Positions 7,820-18,184 of a DNA stretch of 64,000 nt are shown piece after piece. Position numbers and translations under genes: made by a program. Where the stretch lies: assembly GCA_038205685.1 (NCBI GenBank), contig JBBRBQ010000002.1:108548-172547 (forward strand). The letters are read 5' to 3'. Origin of the DNA: Cytophagales bacterium (GTDB taxonomy: Bacteria > Bacteroidota > Bacteroidia > Cytophagales > Cyclobacteriaceae). The notes beneath the pieces were generated by a model that was not told the DNA's origin, made no database searches, and saw only the letters and a list, made by a program, of their open reading frames with translations. Position 1 is the first letter of the stretch, and each line of letters starts with the position of its first letter.

Positions 7820-9046
7820 ATGGAAGACAAAAGCCTCAAGCCTCTTTTTAGCATACCTGTAATAGTTGCAGCTCTCGGTTACTTTGTAGACATCTACGAT
7901 TTGTTGCTGTTTGGCATTGTGCGTGTGTCTAGCCTTCGGTCGTTAGGTATAGATGAAGCCAACATGCTAGAGCAAGGCGAGTCTCTCATTCGCTGGCAGA
8001 TGGCGGGCTTGCTTATTGGCGGATTTATCTGGGGCATTATGGGCGATAAAAAAGGAAGGCTCTCCGTGCTGTTTGGTTCTATCTTACTGTATTCGCTGGC
8101 CAACATTGCCAATGGTTTTGTTACCAACGTGCATGAATATGCAGCTCTCCGTTTTATTGCAGGCATAGGCTTGGCGGGCGAACTTGGTGCTGGCATTACT
8201 CTGGTTTCAGAAATATTGCCCACACGCTTGCGCGGATATGGCACTACCCTGGTGGCTGCGGTAGGCTTAATGGGCGCGGTGCTTGCCAATTATGTTGCTA
8301 GTTATTTTGATTGGCGAACCGCTTATTTTATCGGGGGCGGATTGGGATTGCTTTTGTTGCTTGCTCGTGTAAGCATCTTCGAATCGGGCATCTTCTTAAA
8401 AATGAAAGACAAAAAAGTGCAGCGGGGCAACTTCTTGCAATTGATAAACAATAGAAAACGACTCACTAAGTTTTTAGGCTGCATCTTTATTGGGTTACCC
8501 ATTTGGTTTGTCATCGGCATACTGGTAACATTTTCACCGGAGTTTGCTAAAACCTTGGGCATTCAAGACACCATCAAAGCAGGCAACGCCATTATGTATG
8601 CATACCTCGGCCTTGCCTTGGGCGATATCCTTACGGGATTCATCAGCAATGCTTTTCGATCGCGCAAAAAAGTAGTGTTGCTGTTTATCAGCATGACAAC
8701 AGTATTTATGATACTCTATCTATTTATGCCTATCCTTACCCAGCAATTTTTTTATATAACCTGCTTTGTAATGGGTGTAGGCATTGGCTATTGGGCCATG
8801 TTTGTAACAATCGCTGCCGAGCAATTTGGCACCAACCTCCGCTCAACTGTGGCTACCACAGTGCCCAACTTTATTAGGTTCACCGTGGTGCCGCTTACTT
8901 TCTTATTCAAGTTTATGCGCGATCAAGTTGGCGTAATTTATGGAGCTTTGGCTGTGGGTTTGTTAACCATTGTAATTGCATTGATTGCCTTCCAATTCAT
9001 TGATGAAACCTTTGATCGCGATTTGAACTTTACAGAAGAAGATTAA
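7820..9046 (+). CDS. MFS transporter
   Basis: About 12 TM helices; GIMGDKKGR motif A; EQFGTNLRST. Confidence 0.92.
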   Translation: MEDKSLKPLFSIPVIVAALGYFVDIYDLLLFGIVRVSSLRSLGIDEANMLEQGESLIRWQMAGLLIGGFIWGIMGDKKGRLSVLFGSILLYSLANIANGFVTNVHEYAALRFIAGIGLAGELGAGITLVSEILPTRLRGYGTTLVAAVGLMGAVLANYVASYFDWRTAYFIGGGLGLLLLLARVSIFESGIFLKMKDKKVQRGNFLQLINNRKRLTKFLGCIFIGLPIWFVIGILVTFSPEFAKTLGIQDTIKAGNAIMYAYLGLALGDILTGFISNAFRSRKKVVLLFISMTTVFMILYLFMPILTQQFFYITCFVMGVGIGYWAMFVTIAAEQFGTNLRSTVATTVPNFIRFTVVPLTFLFKFMRDQVGVIYGALAVGLLTIVIALIAFQFIDETFDRDLNFTEED

Positions 9047-9096
9047 ATTTTCGTTTTCAAATCAAGCAGCAAATTATTTCGGTTAGATTTGTTGTC

Positions 9097-11181
9097 ATGG
9101 GGATTGGCTTGATGAACAAAATGAGAATTGGCGGAACAATTTTGTTTTACATACTAGTATGTTCCCCGCTGTTTGCGCAAAACATTACCCTTATTGATAG
9201 CTTGCGCAAAACGCTTGACAAACAAACTCCAGCCAAGCAGTTTGATGTACTTTGCACCATTGGTTTCGAGTATAGAATATCGCTGCAAGACAGCACCTTT
9301 CTCTATTGCAACCGTGCGTTTGATCTAGGCAAGAAGATAAAAATAAAAACAGGACTTGCCAAGCCGCTCAATTTTATTGGGCTGGCCTACACCAATAAAG
9401 GCGATTATAAAAAAGCCTTGGATTATTATTACCAATCCATTGAAGTTTCGAGCGAGCAAAACGACTCATTGCAATTGGCACATGCGTACAATAACTTGGG
9501 CCGAGCATTTTATGATTTGGGCGATTTGGCGAGGGCTTACGAAAACTTTAATCTATCGCGCACTCTGTTTGAAACCATTCATGATAATCCAGGCTTAGCC
9601 TACGTATACAGAAGTTTGGCCAATGTTTACCGATCGCAAGGTAATGATAGTGAAGCATTGGAAATGTCTTCACGTGCCTTGGAGTTGAGAAAACAAATTG
9701 GAGACAAGCGTACACTGGCTTCTGCTTATATGGAGCTAGGCCTATTGTACCAAGGCATAAAAGATTATACAACGTCACTTCAAAAACTAAAACAGGCAGA
9801 TTCTGTTTCAGGTCAAGTAAAGGATAAACTTACAAAGGCTGAGATAAAACTAGGCATAGCCGAAAATTTGTTTGAGTTGCACCAGCCGGATAGCGCATTT
9901 CAAATTGCTTTGCAAGTGTTGCAACTCATTAAGAATGGAAAAAACTATAAATTATTTTTAAGGTCTTCCATGTTAAGTGCGCGCTATTATATTTTAAAAA
10001 ATAATCAAGATAAAGCCATTTCGATATTGAGCGAGATACAATCTGATACCTCAGGGTTTGGGTTAGCTTCCTACCAGCGCGATGCAGCTTTTCGCCTATT
10101 GTCAATTTATAAGAAGCGGAATGATAAAGTCAATATAGAAAAATTCACTAATCGTTATGAATTTCTTGACCAGAAGTTGGAGAACACCGATTTGAAAAGA
10201 GAAGTTGATCAACTAAAATTCAAAGTTGAGTTAGAAAAAAAAGAGCGCGAAAATAAAGTGCTAAAAATTACCCAAGAGCAGAACACAATCTTAATCTCCA
10301 AACAGCGCACTCAAAATTTACTGCTGCTGCTCATCGCCATGTTCATAGGCCTTTTGGCATTTTTATCATGGCTCTACAGTCGCAAAAAAAAGAGAGACAA
10401 CTTTAAACTTGAACTTCAAAATAAAGAGATACTTCGTCAAGATAAAGAGATTACCCTGCAACTCGAAAATCTATCAGCTGCCAATGATGAGCTGTCCACC
10501 CTCAATCATGAAAAGAATATATTGATGAGTATTGTTGCACACGATTTAAAATCGCCCATCAACCGAATTTTTGCGCTTGCGCGGATACTGGAAATGGAGG
10601 GTAACTTGAATGAAAATCAATTGAACTATCTTCGATTGATAAAAGACACAACTAACTCCGGCAATAGTTTGATTACCGATCTTCTTGATGTTACCTCACT
10701 TGAAGAAAATCAATTTGAACCTACACTTTCATTGGTAAATATTCAAGAGTTGATCCAATCAAAAATTGATGTTCTTAGTATATCTGCGGAAGCAAAAAAG
10801 ATACAGATAGTGGTTGAGAACGAAGTGAATATTCCTATCACGACAGACACAGATTATATTAGCCGAATAGTGGATAACCTAGTTTCTAACGCTTTGAAAT
10901 TTTCTGCTTCTGGCACGCAGGTTCTGGTTAAGTTATTCCTGTCAGATTCTTTCTTGGTAATATCTGTTAAAGATCAAGGCCCTGGTTTCTCAGAAGGCGA
11001 TAAGAAAAATCTCTATCTAAAGTTCAAGAAGCTTACTGCTAGGCCAACAGCAGGAGAGAGCTCTAACGGTCTTGGGCTAGCCATTGTTAAAATCCTAGTC
11101 GACCGATTGAAAGGCGAAATCAATTTGATTACTGAACCCGGCAAGGGAAGTGAATTTATAGTAAAGCTGATGGTTCAATAA
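9097..11181 (+). CDS. TPR-sensor histidine kinase
   Basis: Signal peptide, TPR repeats, one TM, H-box AHDLKSP, N-box NLVSNALKFS, DQGPG, GLGL; -7 motif tagatttg at 9084-9091. Confidence 0.92.
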   Translation: MGIGLMNKMRIGGTILFYILVCSPLFAQNITLIDSLRKTLDKQTPAKQFDVLCTIGFEYRISLQDSTFLYCNRAFDLGKKIKIKTGLAKPLNFIGLAYTNKGDYKKALDYYYQSIEVSSEQNDSLQLAHAYNNLGRAFYDLGDLARAYENFNLSRTLFETIHDNPGLAYVYRSLANVYRSQGNDSEALEMSSRALELRKQIGDKRTLASAYMELGLLYQGIKDYTTSLQKLKQADSVSGQVKDKLTKAEIKLGIAENLFELHQPDSAFQIALQVLQLIKNGKNYKLFLRSSMLSARYYILKNNQDKAISILSEIQSDTSGFGLASYQRDAAFRLLSIYKKRNDKVNIEKFTNRYEFLDQKLENTDLKREVDQLKFKVELEKKERENKVLKITQEQNTILISKQRTQNLLLLLIAMFIGLLAFLSWLYSRKKKRDNFKLELQNKEILRQDKEITLQLENLSAANDELSTLNHEKNILMSIVAHDLKSPINRIFALARILEMEGNLNENQLNYLRLIKDTTNSGNSLITDLLDVTSLEENQFEPTLSLVNIQELIQSKIDVLSISAEAKKIQIVVENEVNIPITTDTDYISRIVDNLVSNALKFSASGTQVLVKLFLSDSFLVISVKDQGPGFSEGDKKNLYLKFKKLTARPTAGESSNGLGLAIVKILVDRLKGEINLITEPGKGSEFIVKLMVQ

Positions 11182-11263
11182 TTAACAAGACTATAAACGT
11201 TACTATTCTGTGAGAAGAGGCCACCTTATAGTAGTCAAAAAATAAGGTTTAAATTATAATCTT

Positions 11264-12655
11264 CTACAAAATATATTCACTCAAATCTTTATTCTTAATA
11301 AACCCATCAAGTTTGGCTTTCACCATTTCTTTGGTAATTCTTATAGTTGAGTTCTCAGCAATCTTATCAGGCACATCAAATAAAAATTCGTTCAGCAGCT
11401 TACTCATTACAGTTTGCAATCTACGAGCTCCAATATTTTCAATTTCCGCGTTGATGGTAAATGCCAGTTGAGCTAATTCATCAATGGCTTCATCATCAAA
11501 CGTGATGGCAACACCCTCCGCTTCAAACAGTGCTTTGTATTGCTTGGTAAGTGCACCTTTGGGTTCTTTTAAAATGCGTATAAAATCATCCTTGGTTAAA
11601 TTATCCAACTCCACACGAATGGGGAAGCGGCCTTGCAACTCGGGTATTAAATCAGAAGGTTTTGAAATATGGAACGCTCCGGCAGCTATAAAGAGTACGT
11701 GATCTGTTTTTATAACGCCATGCTTAGTGTTCACAGTGCTGCCTTCTACAATGGGCAATAGATCGCGCTGTACACCTTCGCGGCTTACATCAGGCCCACC
11801 GCCCTTCTTGCTTGCGCCCGAGGCTATCTTATCAATCTCATCAATAAAAATAATGCCTGCCTCTTCTGCTTTGCGAATTGCTTCTTCCTTCACCTCATCC
11901 ATATCAATGAGTTTAGCAGCTTCTTCATCGAACAATAATTTACGCGCTTCAGCAACCGTTACCTTTCGCTTCTTTGCTTTCTTGGGCATCATGCCACCGA
12001 TCATCTCCTGCAAATTCATCATCGATACCTCATCCATCATACCAGCACCAATCATACCTACATTACCTCCTCCGCCTTGTTTTACATCAATTTCAATCTT
12101 ACGCTGATCCATCTCTCCACTTTTAATCTTCTCTCGAAAGAGATTGCGTGTTTTTTCATTCAACTCAACATCACTGCTTATCGATTCATCATTATCAGCA
12201 TTGCTTGATACAAAGCCAGGCTTTGCTTTCATGGGAGGAATCAGCGCATCCAAAATAATCTCCTCAACAATAGAAGCAGCCTTTTCTTTTACTTCTTCTT
12301 TCTTACGGCTCTTTACTAAGTTCACTGATTGCTCAACAAGATCGCGCACCATACTTTCAACATCACGACCAACGTAGCCAACCTCAGTAAATTTCGAAGC
12401 TTCGACTTTTACAAAAGGAGCATCAGCAATTTTCGCAAGCCTTCTAGCAATCTCCGTTTTACCTACACCTGTTGCGCCAATCATTAAAATATTGTTGGGC
12501 ACAATTTCACTTTGCAAATCAGCGGGCACACTCATACGCCTCCAGCGATTACGCAAGGCAATAGCCACATTGCGCTTGGCTTCATTTTGCCCAATAATGT
12601 ATTTGTCGAGTTCTTGTACGATCTGCTGGGGTGTTAAAAATTTCGGATTTAGCAT
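11264..12655 (-). CDS. hslU: ATP-dependent protease ATPase subunit HslU
   Basis: IIGQNEAKR, GATGVGKT, TKF-like ASKFTEVGYVGRDVES, FIDEIDK, GRFPIRVEL. Confidence 0.98.
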   Translation of the reverse strand: MLNPKFLTPQQIVQELDKYIIGQNEAKRNVAIALRNRWRRMSVPADLQSEIVPNNILMIGATGVGKTEIARRLAKIADAPFVKVEASKFTEVGYVGRDVESMVRDLVEQSVNLVKSRKKEEVKEKAASIVEEIILDALIPPMKAKPGFVSSNADNDESISSDVELNEKTRNLFREKIKSGEMDQRKIEIDVKQGGGGNVGMIGAGMMDEVSMMNLQEMIGGMMPKKAKKRKVTVAEARKLLFDEEAAKLIDMDEVKEEAIRKAEEAGIIFIDEIDKIASGASKKGGGPDVSREGVQRDLLPIVEGSTVNTKHGVIKTDHVLFIAAGAFHISKPSDLIPELQGRFPIRVELDNLTKDDFIRILKEPKGALTKQYKALFEAEGVAITFDDEAIDELAQLAFTINAEIENIGARRLQTVMSKLLNEFLFDVPDKIAENSTIRITKEMVKAKLDGFIKNKDLSEYIL

Positions 12656-12765
12656 GGTATTTATTTTGGCTGTACGCTTATAGCTACAAACTATTCAATG
12701 CGAGTTGTAAGATTATTCTTTGATAGCAGTAGAGATTCTTATCTAATATTCAAAACTGTCTGAAG

Positions 12766-15234
12766 CTAGAAGCTTGCAACTTGAGGCTGTTTCTCAATAA
12801 CAAACTGAATTGGCTTGGCCACTTTTTCATTAAGCAAAGCAATATCCAACACTTCACTCACAGATTCCACATAATGAAATTTCAACCCTTTTACATAATG
12901 TTTTTCAATGTCTTGGATATCGCGCTGGTTGCGTTTGCACATAATAATTTCTTTAATGCCACTGCGCTTGGCTGCCAATACTTTTTCTTTGATGCCACCA
13001 ACAGGTAATACCTTTCCACGCAAAGTGATCTCCCCAGTCATCGCTAAGTTAGCTTTCACTTTTCGTTGTGTGAATATGGAGGCAAGTGAAGTAAGCATAG
13101 TAATACCAGCTGAAGGGCCATCTTTTGGCACGGCTCCCGCGGGTACGTGAATATGAAGATCGTAATGTTGAAATATTCTATGATCGATGCCTAAACTTTC
13201 AGCGTTTGATTTCAGATAAGATAAAGCGGCTACGGCCGATTCTTTCATCACATCACCAAGTTGGCCAGAGATAGTGAGGGCACCTTTGCCCCTGCTCAAA
13301 CTAGATTCTACAAATAAAATATCGCCTCCTACTTGTGTCCAGGCCAAGCCAGTAACAACACCCGCCACATCATTGCCTTGATACAATTCTTCATCGAAAA
13401 TTTCTGCCCCTAATATTTTTATGGCGTAAGCTGGCGTAATTTCTTTTTCAAATGCCTCTTCCATTGCCACGGCTTTCGCTAAACTTCTTATCACCGAGCC
13501 GATTTTGCGCTCAAGACTTCGCACACCAGACTCGCGTGTGTAAGATTCTATCACTTTCAACAATGCTTCTTTACCAAATTTAACTTGACTAGCTTTTAAG
13601 CCATGCTCTTTCAATTGTTTTGGAACTAAATGCTTAACCGCGATTTGCAATTTCTCTTCTACCGTATAGCCCGTTAATTCAATAATCTCCATACGATCGC
13701 GCAACGCAGGTTGAATGGAGTCTAATGAATTCGCGGTAGCAATGAATAGCACTTTTGATAAATCGTATTCTACTTCTAAATAATTATCGCCAAAAGCATT
13801 GTTTTGTTCTGGATCTAATACTTCTAGCAAAGCAGAAGAGGGATCACCCCTAAACTCTGATCGTACCTTGTCAATCTCATCTAATACAAATACAGGGTTA
13901 GATGATTTTGCTTTCTTTACGTTCGCCAGAATTTTTCCTGGCATGGCGCCAATATAAGTTTTACGATGGCCACGAATCTCCGCTTCATCGTGCACTCCAC
14001 CTAACGACATACGAACATAGTTTCTTCCTAAAGCTTTAGCTATAGATTTGCCCAAGGAAGTTTTGCCTACACCTGGCGGGCCATATAAACAAAGTATCGG
14101 GCCTTTCATATCTTGCTTTAGCTTCAATACAGCCAAGTATTCGATAATTCGATTCTTAACTTTCTCCAACCCAAAGTGATCTTTATCCAACACTTTCTTG
14201 GCATTGTTTAGATCAAAATTATCTGATGTAAATTCATCCCATGGTAAATCGAGCATGAACTCTGCATAGTTCATAGCGATAGGAAAATCGGGGGCTTGCG
14301 GATTGGTGCGCTGTAGTTTATCCAACTCTTTGCTAAAATGAACTGCTGCTTGTGGCGACCATCTTTTTTCTGCACCCCGTTTACGAAGTTTCTCTACTTC
14401 TTTATCGGGGCCATCATAACCCAACTCATCTTGAAGCACTTTTATTTGTTGGCGCAAAAAATAATCACGCTGTTGCTGATCAATATCTGTGTGTACTTTT
14501 TTATGGATCTCACTTTTAATTTCCAACATCTGAATTTCTTTCAGCATGTATTGCAACAGCAAAGTGCCACGATCAGAAATATTATTGATCTCTAAAATCT
14601 TTTGCTTATCAGCTACATCTACATTTAAGTTCGATGCGAGGAAGTGAATCAAAAAAGCTACGCTTTGAATATTATCCAACGCCACTTGTGCTTCTTGCGG
14701 AATCTCTGGGTTTAAGCGCAACATTTTAAGTGCCGCGTCTTTCAACGACTGCACAAGTGCCTTCATCTCCTTGCTGTTAATATCTACAAGTATATCGGGT
14801 TGCAGATCGAACTTGGCCGTAAGAAAAGGCTCCTCGTTAGTAAACTCCTTTATGGAATATCGATTTTTACCTTGAATAATAATGGTGGTGTTTCCATCGG
14901 GCAGCACCAGCATTTTTATAATCCTGGCAACAGTACCAAAGCGATAGAGATCATCGGGCACAGGCTCTTCCGCAGTTTTATTTTTTTGTGCTACTACGCC
15001 AATTAATTTAAGTCCAGAATTAGCTTGCTTTATTAAGCGAATAGATTTTTGGCGTGTTACCGTGATGGGAATAACAACTCCAGGAAAAAGAACGGTGTTC
15101 TTAATGGGGAGTATACTTAACTCGATTGGTAAATCGTCCGCCTTTAAATCCGATTCTTGATCTGGATTAATTAACTGGATCAACTCTTCTTGATCTTCTT
15201 GCACGAGGGGTGTAATTTCTAAAGTTTTAAACAT
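12766..15234 (-). CDS. lon: Lon protease
   Basis: LON N-domain, GPPGVGKT, catalytic DGPSAG and GGIKEK; start trimmed to MFKTLE at 15234. Confidence 0.97.
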   Translation of the reverse strand: MFKTLEITPLVQEDQEELIQLINPDQESDLKADDLPIELSILPIKNTVLFPGVVIPITVTRQKSIRLIKQANSGLKLIGVVAQKNKTAEEPVPDDLYRFGTVARIIKMLVLPDGNTTIIIQGKNRYSIKEFTNEEPFLTAKFDLQPDILVDINSKEMKALVQSLKDAALKMLRLNPEIPQEAQVALDNIQSVAFLIHFLASNLNVDVADKQKILEINNISDRGTLLLQYMLKEIQMLEIKSEIHKKVHTDIDQQQRDYFLRQQIKVLQDELGYDGPDKEVEKLRKRGAEKRWSPQAAVHFSKELDKLQRTNPQAPDFPIAMNYAEFMLDLPWDEFTSDNFDLNNAKKVLDKDHFGLEKVKNRIIEYLAVLKLKQDMKGPILCLYGPPGVGKTSLGKSIAKALGRNYVRMSLGGVHDEAEIRGHRKTYIGAMPGKILANVKKAKSSNPVFVLDEIDKVRSEFRGDPSSALLEVLDPEQNNAFGDNYLEVEYDLSKVLFIATANSLDSIQPALRDRMEIIELTGYTVEEKLQIAVKHLVPKQLKEHGLKASQVKFGKEALLKVIESYTRESGVRSLERKIGSVIRSLAKAVAMEEAFEKEITPAYAIKILGAEIFDEELYQGNDVAGVVTGLAWTQVGGDILFVESSLSRGKGALTISGQLGDVMKESAVAALSYLKSNAESLGIDHRIFQHYDLHIHVPAGAVPKDGPSAGITMLTSLASIFTQRKVKANLAMTGEITLRGKVLPVGGIKEKVLAAKRSGIKEIIMCKRNQRDIQDIEKHYVKGLKFHYVESVSEVLDIALLNEKVAKPIQFVIEKQPQVASF

Positions 15235-15384
15235 GATTGGATGCCAATTTGACACAAATAATTTGCGTCTACAACAAAATTTATTTAAGACCCAGTAACT
15301 CAATTGCAGTGCCAACAGCGTTGTAAATGCAATAAAAAAGTTTCAACTTTCGTACATTGGATAAAAACGTATTAAGTAGACTGC

Positions 15385-17352
15385 GTGAAAAACTCTCGTT
15401 TAATTCTAATTCCCCTGCTTTTGGTAGGATTCTCAGTTACCACGAAAGCTCAATTCGGAAAGAAAAAATTTAAAGCTTCGGCAGTAAACTTGCGCGATTC
15501 GCTTGTAACATACAGTCAGTCTGACATATTCACTTTCCCAAATGTAAATGTTGAATCGTATTATCAAGATGATAAAGCCCTGAAGGAAATACGAAAACTT
15601 GACAAAGAAAAGAAGGACGAGGAGTTGTACCCTAAGTTGAGAGCCTATGTAAAAAACTTTGGCATCGATAACTTTAGAAAGAATGTTGACGCATTGGCCA
15701 GGCTCGCAAAACTTTCGTTGAAATATGGTCCCAAAGGCGAAGCTATTTTATTATATAAACTGATTTTAAAACATCACAAGCCAAGTGCTGACATTACTAC
15801 TATTCAACAGCAATATGATTCAGTTGAAAGAGACAAGAAAAAATATTATGCGCCTATTGATTACTACTACAATCTGATCAACTACAGAAAAGAAATTGAT
15901 ACACTAAAGCCCATTCAAGGCGTGCTGCTAAATATGGGTAGTGAGATCAATTCCAGTAAAGAAGATTATGGGCCTGTGGTGGGTAATTCAGATTCAATAT
16001 TGCTCTTTACTTCAAAAAGAAATAAACATAAAGACAGAAAATCGGCCGATGAAGACTTGTTTCTAAGCAGACAAAAAGATGGAAGATGGACTGCTGCTGT
16101 TGAGCTAAAGAGCATTAATACAATTTATAATGAAGGCTCTGCTTGCTTGAGTAGCGATGGAAAGAAGATGTATTTTTCGCGTTGCAACGCACCCAAAGGT
16201 ATTGGGGATTGCGATTTATATGTTGCCGTGCTAAAAAAAGATAGCACTTGGGGTGATATAAAAAACTTAGGCTCAAAAGTAAATAGCATTGGTTGGGATT
16301 CTCAGCCTTCTATTTCTCACACAGGCGATACGCTTTATTTTGCATCGAATCGATTGGATGGCTTCGGGCAATCCGATATTTATTATACTGTAAAAGATAA
16401 AAAAGGTCTTTGGCAAAAGGCAAAAAATTTGGGGCCAATCATCAATACACGAGGTGATGATGTGAGCCCATTCTTTCATCATCGGTACAACATTTTATAC
16501 TTTAGTTCGAATGCAGAGCCATTAAATTTTGGTCAGTTTGATATTTATAAATCTACTTACACAAAAAAGAAAAATTGGACAGAGCCAAAGAACATTGGTC
16601 CACTAGTGAACGGTGCTGGTAGCGAATATTATTTTACGATTGATGCGCGATCTAACAATTTATATTATGCCAAATCGGAAGAAGATGATTTTAAGAATTT
16701 AGATTTATATTCTTTCCCACTGCCAATGGAAGCTCAGCCATTGGCTACCGCTAAACTAACGGGCGTGTTAAAGAATTCTGTTACAGGCAACCCTGAAACA
16801 GGCATTGCTTCTGTAATAGATCTAGATAAAGGCGTAGAAGTTGCACCTAAGTTTTTGCGTGAAGATGGCTCGTTCGATTTCAGTTTAATCAACAAACGTA
16901 ATTATCTACTCATTATTCAAGGAGATGATTTTTTTAGAATAGAAGAAAGGTTTTTTCTGGATGGAGATACTACTGTAAATAAAGTAACCGACCCAATTAA
17001 TCAGCGCATTGAATTTAAAACCATTGAGTTTGAAAATGGTAAGGCAGATATTTTGCCATCCATGCATCACGATCTTGATAAACTTGCTACCTTCCTTATC
17101 GATCATCCCAAAGTGAAATTGAATATCATTGGCCATACAGATTCGCAAGGAAAAGAAGTAGACAATGTTAAGCTTTCACAAGATAGATCGGTAGCTATAA
17201 AAGCCTATCTATTGCAAGAGTTTAAAATTGCCAATGAACGGATTAACGCACTAGGCGTTGGCAGTTCAAGGCCACTTATTGCAGATGAAAAAACAGAAGC
17301 CGACCGGCAAATCAACAGACGCGTGGAGTTTAATATCGTTTCGGAGAAGTGA
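15385..17352 (+). CDS. PD40 beta-propeller + OmpA C-terminal domain protein
   Basis: Signal peptide (TKA-Q); repeated LGSKVNS/LGPIINT..D..P..S PD40 units; IIGHTDSQG, LSQDRS and NRRVEF peptidoglycan-binding motifs. Confidence 0.9.
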   Translation: MKNSRLILIPLLLVGFSVTTKAQFGKKKFKASAVNLRDSLVTYSQSDIFTFPNVNVESYYQDDKALKEIRKLDKEKKDEELYPKLRAYVKNFGIDNFRKNVDALARLAKLSLKYGPKGEAILLYKLILKHHKPSADITTIQQQYDSVERDKKKYYAPIDYYYNLINYRKEIDTLKPIQGVLLNMGSEINSSKEDYGPVVGNSDSILLFTSKRNKHKDRKSADEDLFLSRQKDGRWTAAVELKSINTIYNEGSACLSSDGKKMYFSRCNAPKGIGDCDLYVAVLKKDSTWGDIKNLGSKVNSIGWDSQPSISHTGDTLYFASNRLDGFGQSDIYYTVKDKKGLWQKAKNLGPIINTRGDDVSPFFHHRYNILYFSSNAEPLNFGQFDIYKSTYTKKKNWTEPKNIGPLVNGAGSEYYFTIDARSNNLYYAKSEEDDFKNLDLYSFPLPMEAQPLATAKLTGVLKNSVTGNPETGIASVIDLDKGVEVAPKFLREDGSFDFSLINKRNYLLIIQGDDFFRIEERFFLDGDTTVNKVTDPINQRIEFKTIEFENGKADILPSMHHDLDKLATFLIDHPKVKLNIIGHTDSQGKEVDNVKLSQDRSVAIKAYLLQEFKIANERINALGVGSSRPLIADEKTEADRQINRRVEFNIVSEK

Positions 17353-17408
17353 GGTAACCTCATTTTTTTGATACAATTAAGAATAATGCAAATCAAAAAT
17401 ATAAGATT

Positions 17409-18094
17409 ATGAAGAGGTTTACTATAATATTTACATTCATTACAGTCTTTGCCTTTGGTCAACAAGGTGAGCAAAGGTTTATTGAAATAAGCGGACGAGC
17501 TGAGAAGAAAGTTGAACCAAACTTAATCTACTTGACAATTGAACTAAAAGAATATCAAAAGAATAAGGAAATAATTCAGATTGAAAAATTAGAGAGCGAT
17601 CTACTTTTGGCATTGACTGATATTGGGATAGATAAAACTAACCTTACTGTTTTTGGAACAAAGGGTAATCTTACGAAAGTGAAAAGGCTTGATCCCAATC
17701 TCTTGATAACAAAGAGATATATTTTAAAAATAAATGACTTTAAACTCTTTGGACAACTCCTAGATAGATTTAGTGATTTAAGCATTAATTCTGTATATGT
17801 AAAGGAAGTTACTCACACCGATATTGAGACTTACAAGTTGGAAACTCAAGTTCAAGCAATCAAGAATGCGGAAATAAAGGCAAAAGAATTATTAAGAGGA
17901 TTAAATAAAAATCTTGGTGATGCATTTCTGTAAGAGAAACAATTAACGAATATCTGTCTCCAGCCGAGAAACGTTCATTATCAGCGTCAGTGGCAAGTAT
18001 TCGGTCAGGTGAAAAGGTCTTATCAACGACTGATTTGGCGTTTGAACCGTTGACATTGACCTATCAAATTTACGTAAAATTTGAAATCAAGTAA
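17409..18094 (+). pseudogene. SIMPL (DUF541) family protein, frameshifted near 17925
   Basis: IEISGRAEKKVEPN N-terminus; after TAA 17931 a shifted frame reads RETINEY...FEPLTLTYQIYVKFEIK*, a typical SIMPL C-terminus; one extra T restores 228 aa. Confidence 0.8.
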
Positions 18095-18184
18095 TATTAA
18101 AATCTTTATAGCATATCGCTAAATTCGATGCCTTCAAAATGGTAAGCAATCGGTATTTTTGCTGCCCAAGTTTAAAAATAAACT

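Noticed and set aside
15235-15315. 27-aa extension of Lon
   Set aside because: Atypical composition; the ATG at 15234 gives a normal Lon N-terminus
17931-17933. Stop-codon readthrough or alternative genetic code
   Set aside because: The homologous sequence continues in a different frame; all other genes end normally at TAA, TAG or TGA
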